DNA of 64,000 bases from Malacoraja senta (taxonomy: Eukaryota), in contig JAXLNO010000972.1 in assembly GCA_038087875.1 (NCBI GenBank), forward strand, positions 1 through 64,000, read 5' to 3'. The notes under the pieces were generated by a model that was not told the origin of the DNA, ran no database searches, and saw only the letters and a list, made by a program, of their open reading frames with translations. This document shows, one piece after another, positions 10,414 to 22,965 of the stretch (the stretch's first letter is position 1; each line of letters starts with the position of its first letter). The position numbers and the translations under genes were made by a program.

Positions 10414-13400
10414 ATGGAAGGGCTAAAACCCCCTGGAACTTTGGTTTTGGACTCCAACAACTTGGCGAAGTCAAGGAAAAGTTGGAAGGAGGAGTTCACA
10501 CTGTACATAGACCTTACCATGCCAGACGCCGAAGAGACCACAAAAGTAAAGCTATTCAACTATCTCATCGGAGAAAAAGGCAGAGAACCTTGGGCGACTT
10601 TGTCGAGTGCTAGCCCTTCAGCGAGGACCACAGTGAGTTCAATGATCATACAGTTTGACGAGTACTCCAACCCAAAGGTAAATGAGACTGTGGAAAGGTA
10701 CCGATTCTTCATGAGGAACCAAGGATTGGATGAAAACGTGGACAGCTATGTAACAGACTTGAAAATACTTGCTAGTAGTTGCAATTTTGGGGACATTAGA
10801 GATTCATTGATTAGAGATCAACTTGTGTGTGGTACAAATAGCTCAGCACTGAGGGAGAGATTACTCAGGGAAGAGAAGCTGACTCTTGAGACATGCCTGC
10901 ACATTTGTAGAGCTACAGAGCTGTCAAGGGAGAATAGCAGAACACTGCAAGGACAGACAGTGGAGGAGGTACATGCACTGAAACAGGCAGAAGGGAGACA
11001 AAAAGACAATGAGATACTGTGCAAGTTTTGTGGTAGAACACACGAGAGGAATAAGAAAAAATGCCCAGCTTTTGGGAAAAAGTGTAAGAAGTGTTGAAAG
11101 GAAAATCATTTTGCAGCTCAGTGCAGATCGAGACAAGAGAGCAGTTGGAAAACTAAGAAAGTGCATGCAGTTACAGAGCAGACTAGTGACAGTGACTCTT
11201 ATGAGGATGTCAAGTGTATAACTGAAGCAAATAGAGAGGATGAAACTGTAAACCAGGTTAAAAACAGCCACAGTCAGGGCCAGCAGCTCTTTGCAGGAAT
11301 GAAGATAGGGGAAAAGTTAGTTGACTTCCAGATAGACTGTGGGGCCACCTGTAATATCATCCCCATCGATCTACTAAACCCAGACACACAGTTAGAGCAC
11401 ACTGAGAAGGTGCTAGTGATGTATAACAAGACCAAGTTGACTCCTCTGGGTACATGTAAGGTTAAGGTCAGAAACCCTAGAAACAACAAGCTGTACCAAC
11501 TAGAGTTTCAAGTGGTTGACCAGAGTAGCAGAATCCCTTTACTGGGCAGAAAAGCCAGCGAGGCAATGAAGTTGATAAAAGTACAGTACGAGAATATTCT
11601 GGCTATAGACAACATAGTGAAGAAAGGGCCGAGCCCAGTGACAAAGGGAGAAAGTGGCAAACACGTGACCATGGACAAAATAAATGAAGAGTTTGAGGAT
11701 GTGTTCACCGGAGATGGCTGCATGGAGGGTGAATATAGAATAGAGATAGATGACAGAGTACCGCCAGTGAAACTGCCAAAGCGCAGAGTGCCTGTAGCTA
11801 TGATCACACCTCTACAAGAGGAACTCAAAGATCTAGAGAGAAGAGGGATAATCACACCAGTGGAACGCAGCACTGACTGGATCAGTAGCATGGTCGCTGT
11901 GAGAAAACCTAATGGGAAGCTGAGGATCTGTATAGACTCAAAACCTCTGAATCGGGCACTTAAAAGAAGTCACTATCCACTCCCAACTATAGAGGACATC
12001 CTGCCGGAGATGTCAAAGGCAAAAGTATTCACAGTCTGCGACGTGAAGCAAGGCTTCTGGCACGTCAAACTAGAGGAAGAGTCGAGCTTCCTTACCACAT
12101 TCGCCACCCCATTTGGTCGCTTCCGTTGGCTAAGGATGCCGATGGGAATAAGCCCAGCACCTGAAGTGTTCCAAAGAAAGCTCATGCAGGCCCTGGAGGG
12201 CCTCCACGGAGTCTGCGTCATAGCAGATGATGTGTTAATCACGGGGGAAGGAGCGACACAAGAGGAGGCAGGAAAGGACCACGACGAGAAAGTCAGACGC
12301 TTTCTAACCAGGTGCAGAGAGCGCAACATCAAGCTGAACGCGGACAAATTCAAGCTCGGACAAAAAGAGGTACCCTACATAGGTCATCTGCTCACGGCCG
12401 AGGGACTGAGGGTTGACCCGGAGAAAGTACGGGCAATCAGAGAGATGCAAAGGCCAACGGACGTGAAAGGGGTACAGAGATTATTTGGGATGGTCAACTA
12501 TCTTTCTAAGTTCTATCACCACCTTTCAGATGACTGAGATTCTGAGACAACTCACGCGAAAGGAGAACATGTGGGAATGGACGGACATCCAAGAAGGGGC
12601 GTTTCAAAGACTGAAAGACAAAATCGCTAAAGCACCAGTTCTACAGTACTACAACAAGGAAAAGGAGTTGACACTTCAGTGTGATGCATCTGACACGGGA
12701 CTGGGGGCCGCCCTGACACAGAAAGGTAAACAGGTAGCATTTGGTAGTAGGGCACTCACACCAACTGAAAGGGGCTATGCCCAAATAGAGAAAGAATGCT
12801 TAGCCATAGTATTTGGGATGGAAAAGTTCCATCAGTATACTTATGGTAGAGAGGTCACAGTACAAAGTGACCACAAGCCTCTAGAAAATATACACAGAAA
12901 GCCATTACTTAGTGCACCTAAGAGACTGCAGAGAATGCTACTCAGGCTGCAGCAGTATGATATCAGTGTGACCTATGTTCCAGGCAGGGACATGCTACTT
13001 GCAGACACGTTGAGTAGAGCATACTTACCAGAGAGCACTAAGGGAGAGAGTGAGACAGATATAGAGACTGTGAACATGGTCAGCTACCTACCCATTGCAG
13101 CAGAGAGGCTGAGTGCCATCAGGGCTGCAACAAAAGATGGCACAAAGTTACAGAGTGTGGCAAACAGAATACTGTCAGGGTGGCCCAAGAGAAAAAAGGA
13201 CTTACCAAGTGACATCAGGCACTACCACACTTTCCAAGATGAACTGAGTTTCGAGGACGGCATAGTGTTCCGAGGAGACAGAGCCGTGATACCTGACGCA
13301 CTCAGGGTGGAGATCACTCACAGGATCCACTCCTCTCACCTGGGAGTAGAAGGATGTCTGAGGCGAGCGAGGGAGTGTGTATACTGGCTTGGAATGAACG

Positions 13401-14336
13401 AGGAGATCAAGACCTTCATCTCCAAATGTGACATATGTAGGTCAGTGGACCCAAAGCAACAAAGAGAGACACTACATCCACATGACATGGCCAGCAGACC
13501 TTGGGCCAAGGTAGGAACGGACCTTTTCTCCTTTCACAATAAAGACTCTGATAACAGTAGATTATTATTCAAACTTTTGGGAGGTCGATTATCTACCTGA
13601 CACTAAGAGCAACACAGTGATCAAAAAACTCAAGGCCCACTTTGCCCGACAGGGGATTCCTGACATTGTTATCTCGGATAACGGACCCCAGTATGCATCA
13701 CAAGAATTTCAGCACTTCAGCCAGAAGTGGGGCTTTGAACACAGGACATCGTCGCCGGGATACCCGCAGAGTAATGGGAAGGCGGAGTCAGCGGTAAAGA
13801 CAGCCAAGCGCCTGATGCTGAAGGCTGCAGCAGCGAGACAGGATCCGTACTTGGCAATGCTGGATCATCGCAACACACCGAGCCAGGGCCTCAACACAAG
13901 CCCGGCACAGAGACTCCTAAGCAGGAGGACCAGGACCCTGCTTCCCACAAAGGACACTCTGCTGAAGCCAGAGGTGACACACGACGAACAGGGACTGAAA
14001 TACAACAGACAGAGACAGGAAAAGTACTACAACTGCACAGCAAAAGACATGGACACTCTGAAAAGAGAGGACAGTGTGAGAGTACAGCCCTGTGACACAC
14101 ACAAGGGCTGGAGAGCAGCGAGAGTGGTCCAACAGGTGAGCCATAGATCGTATGAGGTGGAGTTAGAGTCAGGAGGTGTTCTGAGACGAAATCGTCGCCA
14201 CCTCAGACACAATCTCACCACGCTCACACCAACACAAAACACACCCACACCAACAGTGACTGAGGCGGCCATACCACCAGATGGCCCAGCAGAGAACCAA
14301 GGTCAGGTCGACAAGTTGTCAGACCCCGCTACCTGA
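10414..14336 (+). pseudogene. pol: Gypsy-2 gag-pol, with one stop and at least 2 frameshifts
   Basis: CKFC..CPAFGKKCKKC*KENHFAAQC, DCGATC protease, RMPMG, IADD, CDASDTGLGA, SDNGPQY and SNGKAES. ORFs 10414-11097, 11161-12537, 12485-13600 and 13617-14336. Confidence 0.93.
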
Positions 14337-15450
14337 CAGACTATACTCAGTGATTAGAGTATGGACTATGAAAAAAAAAAAAAAAATGAAAATGTGTTGT
14401 TGATGCACTTGCTGGAAAACGGATGTTTTGAACTGTTGATTTATTATTGCTTATGTTGTTAGATCTGTTGTAAATGAGCAGAGCATATGGTACAAGTTTG
14501 TTGCACTAGAATACCTAAGGGAAAGAGACTAACTTGAAAAAAGAAAAAGAAGGATGTAACAATAGTGTGAGAAAGGGGTTAATAGGTATAAGTTGATTTA
14601 GACAAGAACCCTTTGTATAGTAGGGAGTATAGTAGGGAGGATAGGGGGAGTGAAGGACGAGTACAGATGGTGACTTTTTCAAGGATGAGAACCGAGAAGA
14701 TAGCAACAGCCCAGCCAAGAACTAGGGTAAGGGTCAGGAGAAACACTCAGTGCGCATGGGCAATGAACTTACATGAATATGTACACACACCCACTATGAC
14801 AAGATGTCTCATTTAAATGCACATGCGATGCATGATATGGGAGGTGTCTTTGACGTCAGGTGGACGTTCCAGGACGTTCTCGTGGGAATGTGGGCTTTAT
14901 GTTATGATTGGAAGAAGCACAATGGGGAGGGATGAGGGTGTGACAATGATACCCATGAAATGTATAAAGATAGAAGTCATCCCGATCTTCGGTGTGCCTC
15001 TAGGGGACATCAGAGGAGAGGCACCTATTCTGCAGAATATGATTTGAATAAAAAGCTTCTTTGCTGACTTTGTCTCTAAAAGTGTTTGTGATTTTTGAAT
15101 CTCACAATTTTTGAGGGCTCGTCTCGGGACCCCCACTACGGCTGGCTGACGACGGTATACGGAAGAAGGGACGGTGCACCCCGTTGATTTCAGCGGTCCC
15201 AGACCCCTAGATTGCCGTCAGCGGTTTGGGCGAGTGGTATCCCAGAACAGAGACTCAGCAAAGAAGTGGGAGTAGTTGGAAATCCGATCGCGAGGAAGAT
15301 CGGTGGGAAAATCGTAGGGAGCCAAATCGAGTGATTCTTGTGCACAGGACCCGGGTAAGAAAACTGACTATTAAGTACTTCTCGGGCGATTTATAGATCT
15401 GGGGTAAACAGATCAGGGGCAAATAGATCGGGGGGAAATTCCGATCGGGA

Positions 15451-16720
15451 GGATGGGCCATGAGAACGGAAAGCCCACCAGGGAGGGGAAGGGCGGTAAG
15501 TCCGACCCCAGCATTCTGCCTGATAGTCCGTTGGTGCGAATGCTGAGCCTCTGGGGGCATGGAAATACCCAGGGAATTGGAGGACAAAAATGATTGAGCC
15601 TCTGGGGGCAGAGAAATAGCCAGGGAATTGGAAGACAAAAATGATTTGATTCTGTTATATTGAGTTTTAATACATGTAAAAGATGTTGCATTTATTTGAA
15701 GTAAGAATGGAACGAATGTGATTTGTGTTTAAAAACCGGTTTGGAATGAAAGAGGAAGTTTATATATGTGATAATTATTTTGTTTATTGTATTTGTAGAC
15801 CACATTGTAAGAGTAAGTAAGTAAGTTTTATTAAAATCAAAAATGTTCACTGTAGGTAGGTGTATGTTCCTTTAAATAAATCAGGTCATGGTGAAAGGCG
15901 CCGAACAGCTGTAAGATAACGATTAATGTTTGTATCCACGTAAGAAGGGGAAGTTGTGAAACCAGCTTTTGGTTTTTCTGATGTTCTTTTAGATTTTTTG
16001 TCAGTAAAGATAATTTGGAAAATTGTTACTAGTGCTAGGAATTGGACATTTAAAATAGTGGTGAATATGGATTGAAATAATTGGAAATAAGTTAATTGGT
16101 AAACATTCAAGTTTAGAAAGAAAGGAGAGAGAGGCAGTTTGAAGATAACAGAAGTAGAAAAACGACAGGCGTGAAAGTAATAAAGCAGGAGGAGTCAGTG
16201 GAAGATTTTTGCAAGGAGGCTAGAATATTTGAGAAGCAAGAAATTGAGTTTAGAATTAGAAAGAAGGCATACAAGAAAGGATTAAAGTTGGAAGCATTGG
16301 GATAAAGTGATGAGACTGCTTTAAAGAGAAAATAGAAGGACAGACACGGATTATCCCTTGGGGCACCCATAAACTAAAAGGGCTAAAAAAATACCTCACC
16401 CTATATCCCTGATGGGGGAGGAAATGGATTAGGGCTTTGGAGGAGGAGAACGTGGGACGATTATTGATCATGGAAGATTTGAAGGCACTGTTGGTAAAAC
16501 TGATAGGAACCACTAAAGTGACAGAACTACTGAAGATGGATGGTATAAACTGATGCGAACAATGTAACAAGCAATGGCATACTGTTTGACACAGTCAGGC
16601 AGAGGTTATGGCAGACCCTCAGACAATGTTACCCACTTAAGAGGAACCCCAAGGAACAAGGGGAGATACAGAAGGAAAGGCAAATAGCCTATCTGGAAAA
16701 CCAGCTGAAAAGGTGGAGAG
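15451..16720 (+). pseudogene. gag: Degraded ERV gag
   Basis: MGHENGK...PDSPLVRMLSLW (MA-like start) and, at ~16400, a frameshifted GGGKWIRALEEENVGRLLIMEDLKALL (CA-like, fish ERV type). Confidence 0.6.
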
Positions 16721-17089
16721 TTGATTGATGAACATTATATTATGAACTACTGTGGTGGATGTCATTCTTCTTAAAGTCAAGCAGATTCAGCGAACAGTTG
16801 GTCTCTGTGGTCGAGAAATATCGCAAAGATAGGAAAAAGACTTGCAAACCAGCAGGAGGAGGTGTTGTCAATAAACAATGGACCTAAGTGAGTCCTATGA
16901 CGGAACCACGCAGGGCCAGAGAATTACATGCCAATAATGAATGTCTTTGGGGTACGTTTCCTCAAAAAGTCCTATCAGGAGTGAAATTAATCTGGATATA
17001 AGCCCTAACAGGATTGGTGTCTCCAAGAGAGAAAGGGATTTAAAGGCAGGATATAGTTCAGACTAGATTAGGTATAAGCCCTGTAGTGT

Positions 17090-17540
17090 CGTTTACGATG
17101 AATAAGGTAATTAAGAGGTTTGGTAGACCTACAGAAATCAGCTTTGACAATGGATTGTTTTCATTTAGGGAGTAGCTAAGTTGGCGATAGAGACCCTGAG
17201 AGTAAAATACACATTTGGGTATGTAAGAATAAATGCAACATTGAAGGTTAATATAAATAAGATTTGTTTAATTACAAAGTTGAATTGGTTCGATGCCCTG
17301 CCATTGGCACTGAAGAGATGTTGCATGCAAACTAACCGAGCAGGTGGCACAATGGAGAGGTTCCTACAAGAGACCCAGTTTGGAACAGTTAAAGATAGAA
17401 TTTAAAAAGTATATGAAACAGTTAATTATGATATACAAGTCTATTTATGAACAGGAAAAGTAAAAGCTGTTGGAGGTGGACCAGGAGGAAGGACCCTTTA
17501 AACCTGAAGACAAGGTGTATGTATGAGTTTTCTAAACTAC
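17090..17540 (+). pseudogene. pol: Integrase remnant (lineage X) of ERV copy 2
   Basis: Colinear with 1-480, with an extra ~27-bp deletion near 17230. Confidence 0.85.
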
Positions 17541-18111
17541 CGACCGATGTTCAGGTAGAAGGTTGATATACCTGGTACCATTTCAATAAATACCTGAGGG
17601 CTGTCCCGCAGGTATGAATAGATAATAGCCCTGAGGTAAGTGAACAGGAGGACAAGAGATGTGAGAAAAGAGTAGAGTTTGAACAAGAACGTTGTTTGAC
17701 ATCAGTGGTAGGCAAAATAATGGAAAGGATACTTAAGACAATATATAAGAATAGGGTAGGATTAGGAAGAATTAGCATGGATTTGTGATTGTGATGTTTG
17801 ACTAATCTTGAATTTTTTTTGAAAAGGTTATTAGGGAAATTGATGAGGGTAAAGTGATGGATGTTGTCTAGATGAACTTCAGTAAGGCCTTTGACAAGGT
17901 TCAATAAGGAAATAAGGTTGGTTAAGAAGGGTTAGTAAGGAATAGCAAGATGGATTAAAAAGTGGCTGTATGGGAGATGTCAGAGAGCAATGGTGGATGG
18001 ATGTTTGTCAGGTTGGAGGTCAGTGACTAGAAGGGTACCTCGGAATGTGTGTTGGGTCCACTGTTGTTTGTCATGTGAATCAATAATCTGGATGTTGGTG
18101 TGGTAAAATAG

Positions 18112-18143
<32 letters not shown>

Positions 18144-21100
18144 ATTTATTAAAAGTACATTACATTACAACCACATACATTAATACTCGTCATTTATATC
18201 TTCTTACAATTAATGTACTCCCTTTATTTATTTTTTTACACTAGAAAAATAAAAGATTGAAAGAAAGAAGAAAGTGAAGGAAAAAGTGCAAGTGTAGAAA
18301 AGTGTAGAAAATGTAACAACAAAAAAGGACGAAGACCCTATAAGAGCGAAATTAAAAACAAAAATAAAAAGAGTTAAGAAATAGGCCCTAAGAAAAGATA
18401 AGAGAAAGAGAAAAAAAGAGAAACAAATGTTTTTTTTTTAGCATCACGTAAATAGGACATACCAACTCTTCAACTATCATCCCCCCTTATCTGACCTCAA
18501 TTTTTTATTTTTTTAAAGTACTTTTGCATCCTATGTTTGTAATAATTCTATAAATGCAGACCACGTCAGGTGGAAGTGATCTGGTTTACCTGCTAGGAGG
18601 AGTCTTATCTCTTCTAGGTGTAATGTTTCAAACATATTTGAAATCCACATATTTATAGTTGGTATTGGAGCCTTCTTCCAAAATTTCAGAATAAGCTTTT
18701 TTCCAGTTATTAACCCATAGTCCATTAATTTCTTTTGAAACACATTTAGTTCTGGATCATCTTCCGTTATTCCGAAGATAACCCATTCTGCTTTGGGTAT
18801 CAGTCTTGTTTTAAATAACTTTGTAAAGATTTCAAAAATTTCATTCCAAAATTTTTGAATGTTTGTACAGAAGACAAATGAGTGCGCTATAGTTGCTTCT
18901 TGGGATTGACATTTATCACAAATAGATGATACGTTTGGGAAAATTTTATGAATTTTAGTTTTCGAATAATATAATCTATGTAAAATTTTAAATTGTATTA
19001 AAGTGTGTCTTACATTAATCGAGCATTTATGCACGTTTAATAAGTATTCATTCCAACTTTCCTTTGAAATTTTAATAGCTAACTCTTGTTCCCAGTCTCT
19101 TCTGATACCCTCCGTAGGTGGTATTTGTACATTTAAAATAATATTATACAAATATGATATTAAGTTTGCTGATTCCGCTTTTATCTGCATTGCCTCGTCC
19201 AATACATCTACTGGATTATTATAATGATCTTTTGTATATTTTTTCAAATAGTCGCATATTTGAACATATTTAAAATATTGATTATTTCCGAGTTTATATT
19301 TTATTTGTAATTGTTGAAATGAAAGTAATTTTCCAGTTTCATACAAGTCACCAAGCGTTTTAATTCCTAGTCTATCCCATTGTGTATAAGCTTTATCTAT
19401 AATAGAAGGACTAAACGAAGGATTATTGACTATAGGTAATAAAAGTGATAAGTTTCTTAATTTTATATTTTGTTTTATTTGTTTCCAAAGACGGATTGTA
19501 CTATGAATAATTGGGTTCTTATTATAATTTATGTTATTCAGTTTCATTGGAGAGAGGAGGATCGCTCCAATGTTTCTAGAGGAGCAATCCTCTTTCTCCA
19601 TTACAATCCAGTCTACTTGCTGGGCGGAGTTATCCATCAGTTGAATCATGTTTTTAATATTTACTGACCAATTATAATACATAAAATTAGGTAGTGCTAG
19701 ACCACCCAATACTTTAGGTTTATTCAAATGGGTTTTTTGTATTCTATGTGATTTATAGTCCCATATAAAATTAGTGATATCTGAGTCGAGTTTTTTTAAA
19801 AACTTCTTAGGTAAGTATATAGGAATTGATTGAAATAGGTATAAAATTTGTGGTAAAAAGATCATTTTTATTGCGTTTATTCGGCCTATTAAAGACATCG
19901 GGAGCGTTTTCCAGAATTTAATTAATGTATTTAGTTTATTAAGTAGGGGGTCAAAATTTGCCCTGAACATACCTTGATATGTTCTGGTAATTTCGATTCC
20001 CAAATATTTAAATTTTTCTGTAGCTATTTTAAAAGGGAATTTTAAAAGATGTGTTGAATCTTTCGGTATTATTGACATAATTTCACTTTTATTCCAATTT
20101 ATTCTATATCCAGAAAAAGATCCGAAGTCTTCAATTAAATTTAATATATTTGGTATAGTGATTTGAGGTTTTGTAATATACAATAATATATCATCCGCGT
20201 ATAAAGATATTTTATTATATGAGTCTTTAGTATTATATCCATGAATATCAGGGTGTATTCTAATTTTTTCTGCTAGCGGTTCAATAATGAGAGCAAACAG
20301 CTGTGGTGATAATGAGCATCCTTGTCTATTTCCCCTTGATAGTTGAAATTTCGAGGATAATATGTTATTAGTATTCTAGCTGTAGGTTTGTTATATAGTA
20401 ACTTAATCCATAAAATAAAATTCTCTCCCAGTTGAGATTTTTGTAATACTTTATCCATATAATTCCATTCTACTTGATCAAATGCTTTTTCAGCATCCAG
20501 CGAAATAATTGATAATTCTTGATCTTCAGATTTGTGTGAGTGCATTATGTTGAGTAGACGTCTCATATTATTAGAAGAGTATCTCTTAGGGATAAACCCT
20601 GTCTGATCTGGGTTTATTAATTTACTAATGTATTTACTTAATCTTCTAGCTAATGTTTTCGCTAATATTTTTTGATCTGTGTTTAACAATGCTATAGCTC
20701 TATATGAGCCAGGTTCTTCTAAATCTTTATTTTTCTTAGGTATTAATGTAATCGTTGATTCCGCTAATGTATCAGGTAGTATTCGTTTTTTAAAAGCGTA
20801 TTGGTACATTTTTTGTAATCTTGGTATTATTTTATCATAAAAGCTTTTATAAAATTCATTAGTAAATCCATCAGGGCCTGGTGTTTTTCCATTCTTTAAT
20901 GAGTTTATTGTATCTTCTAATTCCTTAATTGAGATTTGTGCACCCAGTTCCTCTTGTTCCTTCAACTCTAACTTTGGAAGATTACAGGTATCCAAGAACT
21001 TTGTGATATTATTGGAATCAATTATCGTTTTAGATGTATACAAATTCTCGTAAAATTGCGCAAATCTTTTATTAATATCCTTCGGTGTTGTTAATAATTC

Positions 21101-22423
21101 CCCTTTATCTGATTTGATCTTTGGTATAGTATGTTCCTTTTCTCGTTTTTTTAGCTGGCGAGCCAAAAGTTTATGCGGTTTATCCCCAAATTCAAAGTGC
21201 TCTTGTTTTGTAATTTAAAAAAGTCTTATAAGTTTGGCAGATAATAATTTATTTATTTTAAATTTTAAAATTATTATTTTATTATGTTTATCTATTGATG
21301 GATCTTTAGCATTATCTATATCCATTTGTCTAATAAGTTCTTCTAACTGTCTTTGTTCATTCTTATTCTTTTTATTTTGAAAAGCTTGATATGAAATTAT
21401 AATACCCCTAATGTATGCTTTAAAAGATTCCCAAAGTAAAGTAGGCGATATATCTGGAGTATCATTTGTTTGAAAAAAGACCTCCATTTGTTCTTTTAAA
21501 TATATACTCGCTTGTGGATCTTTTAAAATTTAAGAGTTAAATCTCCAGAATGACTTATTCTTAGACAATCCTTCCAGTTTTAAAAAGAAAGTTAGTGGAG
21601 AATGGTCTGAAATTGAATTTGTATGGTATATTGCATTAGATGTTTGGGGGATTAATTTTGTATCCAGCAGAAAGTAGTCTATACGTGAGTATGTCTTATG
21701 TACCATTGAGTAAAACGAATATTCCCTGCCAGTTGCATTCACAATTCTCCAAACATCTGCTATATTAGTGTTATTTATATAGGTATTTAGGAGTTCCCCA
21801 GTTTTCGATTTCATATTCCCTCTCTGTTTTTGACTTGATTTATCTAAGTACGGATCTAAAACACAGTTAAAGTCTCCGCCTATTATAACATTTTGATAGT
21901 TTGACTCTGCAATTATATTGAAGATTTTATTGAAAAAGTGGGGGTTATCAAAGTTAGGGGCATATATATTTACCAAAGTAAGTGGAGTGTCATGGATTTC
22001 TCCATTAACTATTAGGTATCTCCGTTCTATATCTGTTATAATATTCTTTGCTTTAAATGGTATACCTTTTCTTATGATAATTCACGTGCCTCTAGATTTT
22101 GAAGTAAATGAAGAGTGGTATGTTTGACCTATCCATTTCGCCCTCAGCCTAACTTGATCCTGAGGGTTTAGGTGTGTTTCTTGTAGGAAGGTAATGTCAG
22201 AATTGTACATTTTTAGCTGAGCTAATATCTTACCCCTTTTGATAGGTTCGTTAATACCTCTTATATTCCAACTACAAAATGAGATTCCTCCTAGGTTCTT
22301 TTGTGTGGTGTCATGCATTTTGAATAATTATAGTACCTTTGAATCTTGTGGTGCGTCCATGTCCCAGGTCTTTAGGTATTGGGGGAGTTTTTGAATTATT
22401 AACTTTTGCTGGTATGTCCATTT
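18112..22423 (-). mobile_element. L1 LINE (family A), 5'-truncated, 4.3 kb
   Basis: 24-nt T run at 18112-18135 (poly-A tail) and 13-bp TSD TGTGGTAAAATAG (18099-18111, 22424-22436). Confidence 0.96.
18531..22318 (-). pseudogene. L1 ORF2 (APE endonuclease plus RT), frameshifted
   Basis: SWNIRG, FLQETH, NIYAPN, GGDFN, YSRIDY, SDHSP, GPDGF and LDAEKAFD. ORFs 22082-22318, 21530-21976, 21215-21487, 20273-21166 and 18531-20183. Confidence 0.95.
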
Positions 22424-22965
22424 TGTGGTAAAATAGATTAATAAGTATGCAGATGATACTAAGATAGGTGGTGTTGTGAATAATGAAGTAGATTTTAAAA
22501 AGTGTACAGAGAGATTTAGGTCATTTGGAAGAATGGGTTGAAACATGACAGATGGGTTTAATGTTGATAAGTGTGAGGTGATACATCTTGGCAGGACAAA
22601 TCAAAATTGAACGTACATGGTAAATGATTGTGAATTGACGAATGAAGTTGAACAGGCGGATCTAGGAATAACTGTGCATGGTTCGCTGAAGGTGGAATTT
22701 CATGAAGATAGGATGCTAAAGAAAGATTTTGGTGTGTTGGCCTTTATAAATCAGAGCATTGTGTATAGAAGTTGGGTTGTAATGTTAAATTGTACAAGGT
22801 ATTGGTGAGGTCAATTGTGGAGTATGGTGTATAATTTTGGTAGGTATAATTATAGGAAAAGGTCAATAAAATAGAGAGAGTACAGAGGAGATCAATTAGA
22901 ATGTTGACTGGGTTACAGCAACAAAGACACAGAGAAAGGTTGAACAAGTTAGGTCTTTATTATTT

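Larger units (their letters stand above)
17698..22965 (+). mobile_element. CR1 fragment of ERV copy 2, split by L1 (17698-18111 plus 22437-22965)
   Basis: Both halves match 631-1580 and rejoin across the L1 TSD. Confidence 0.9.
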
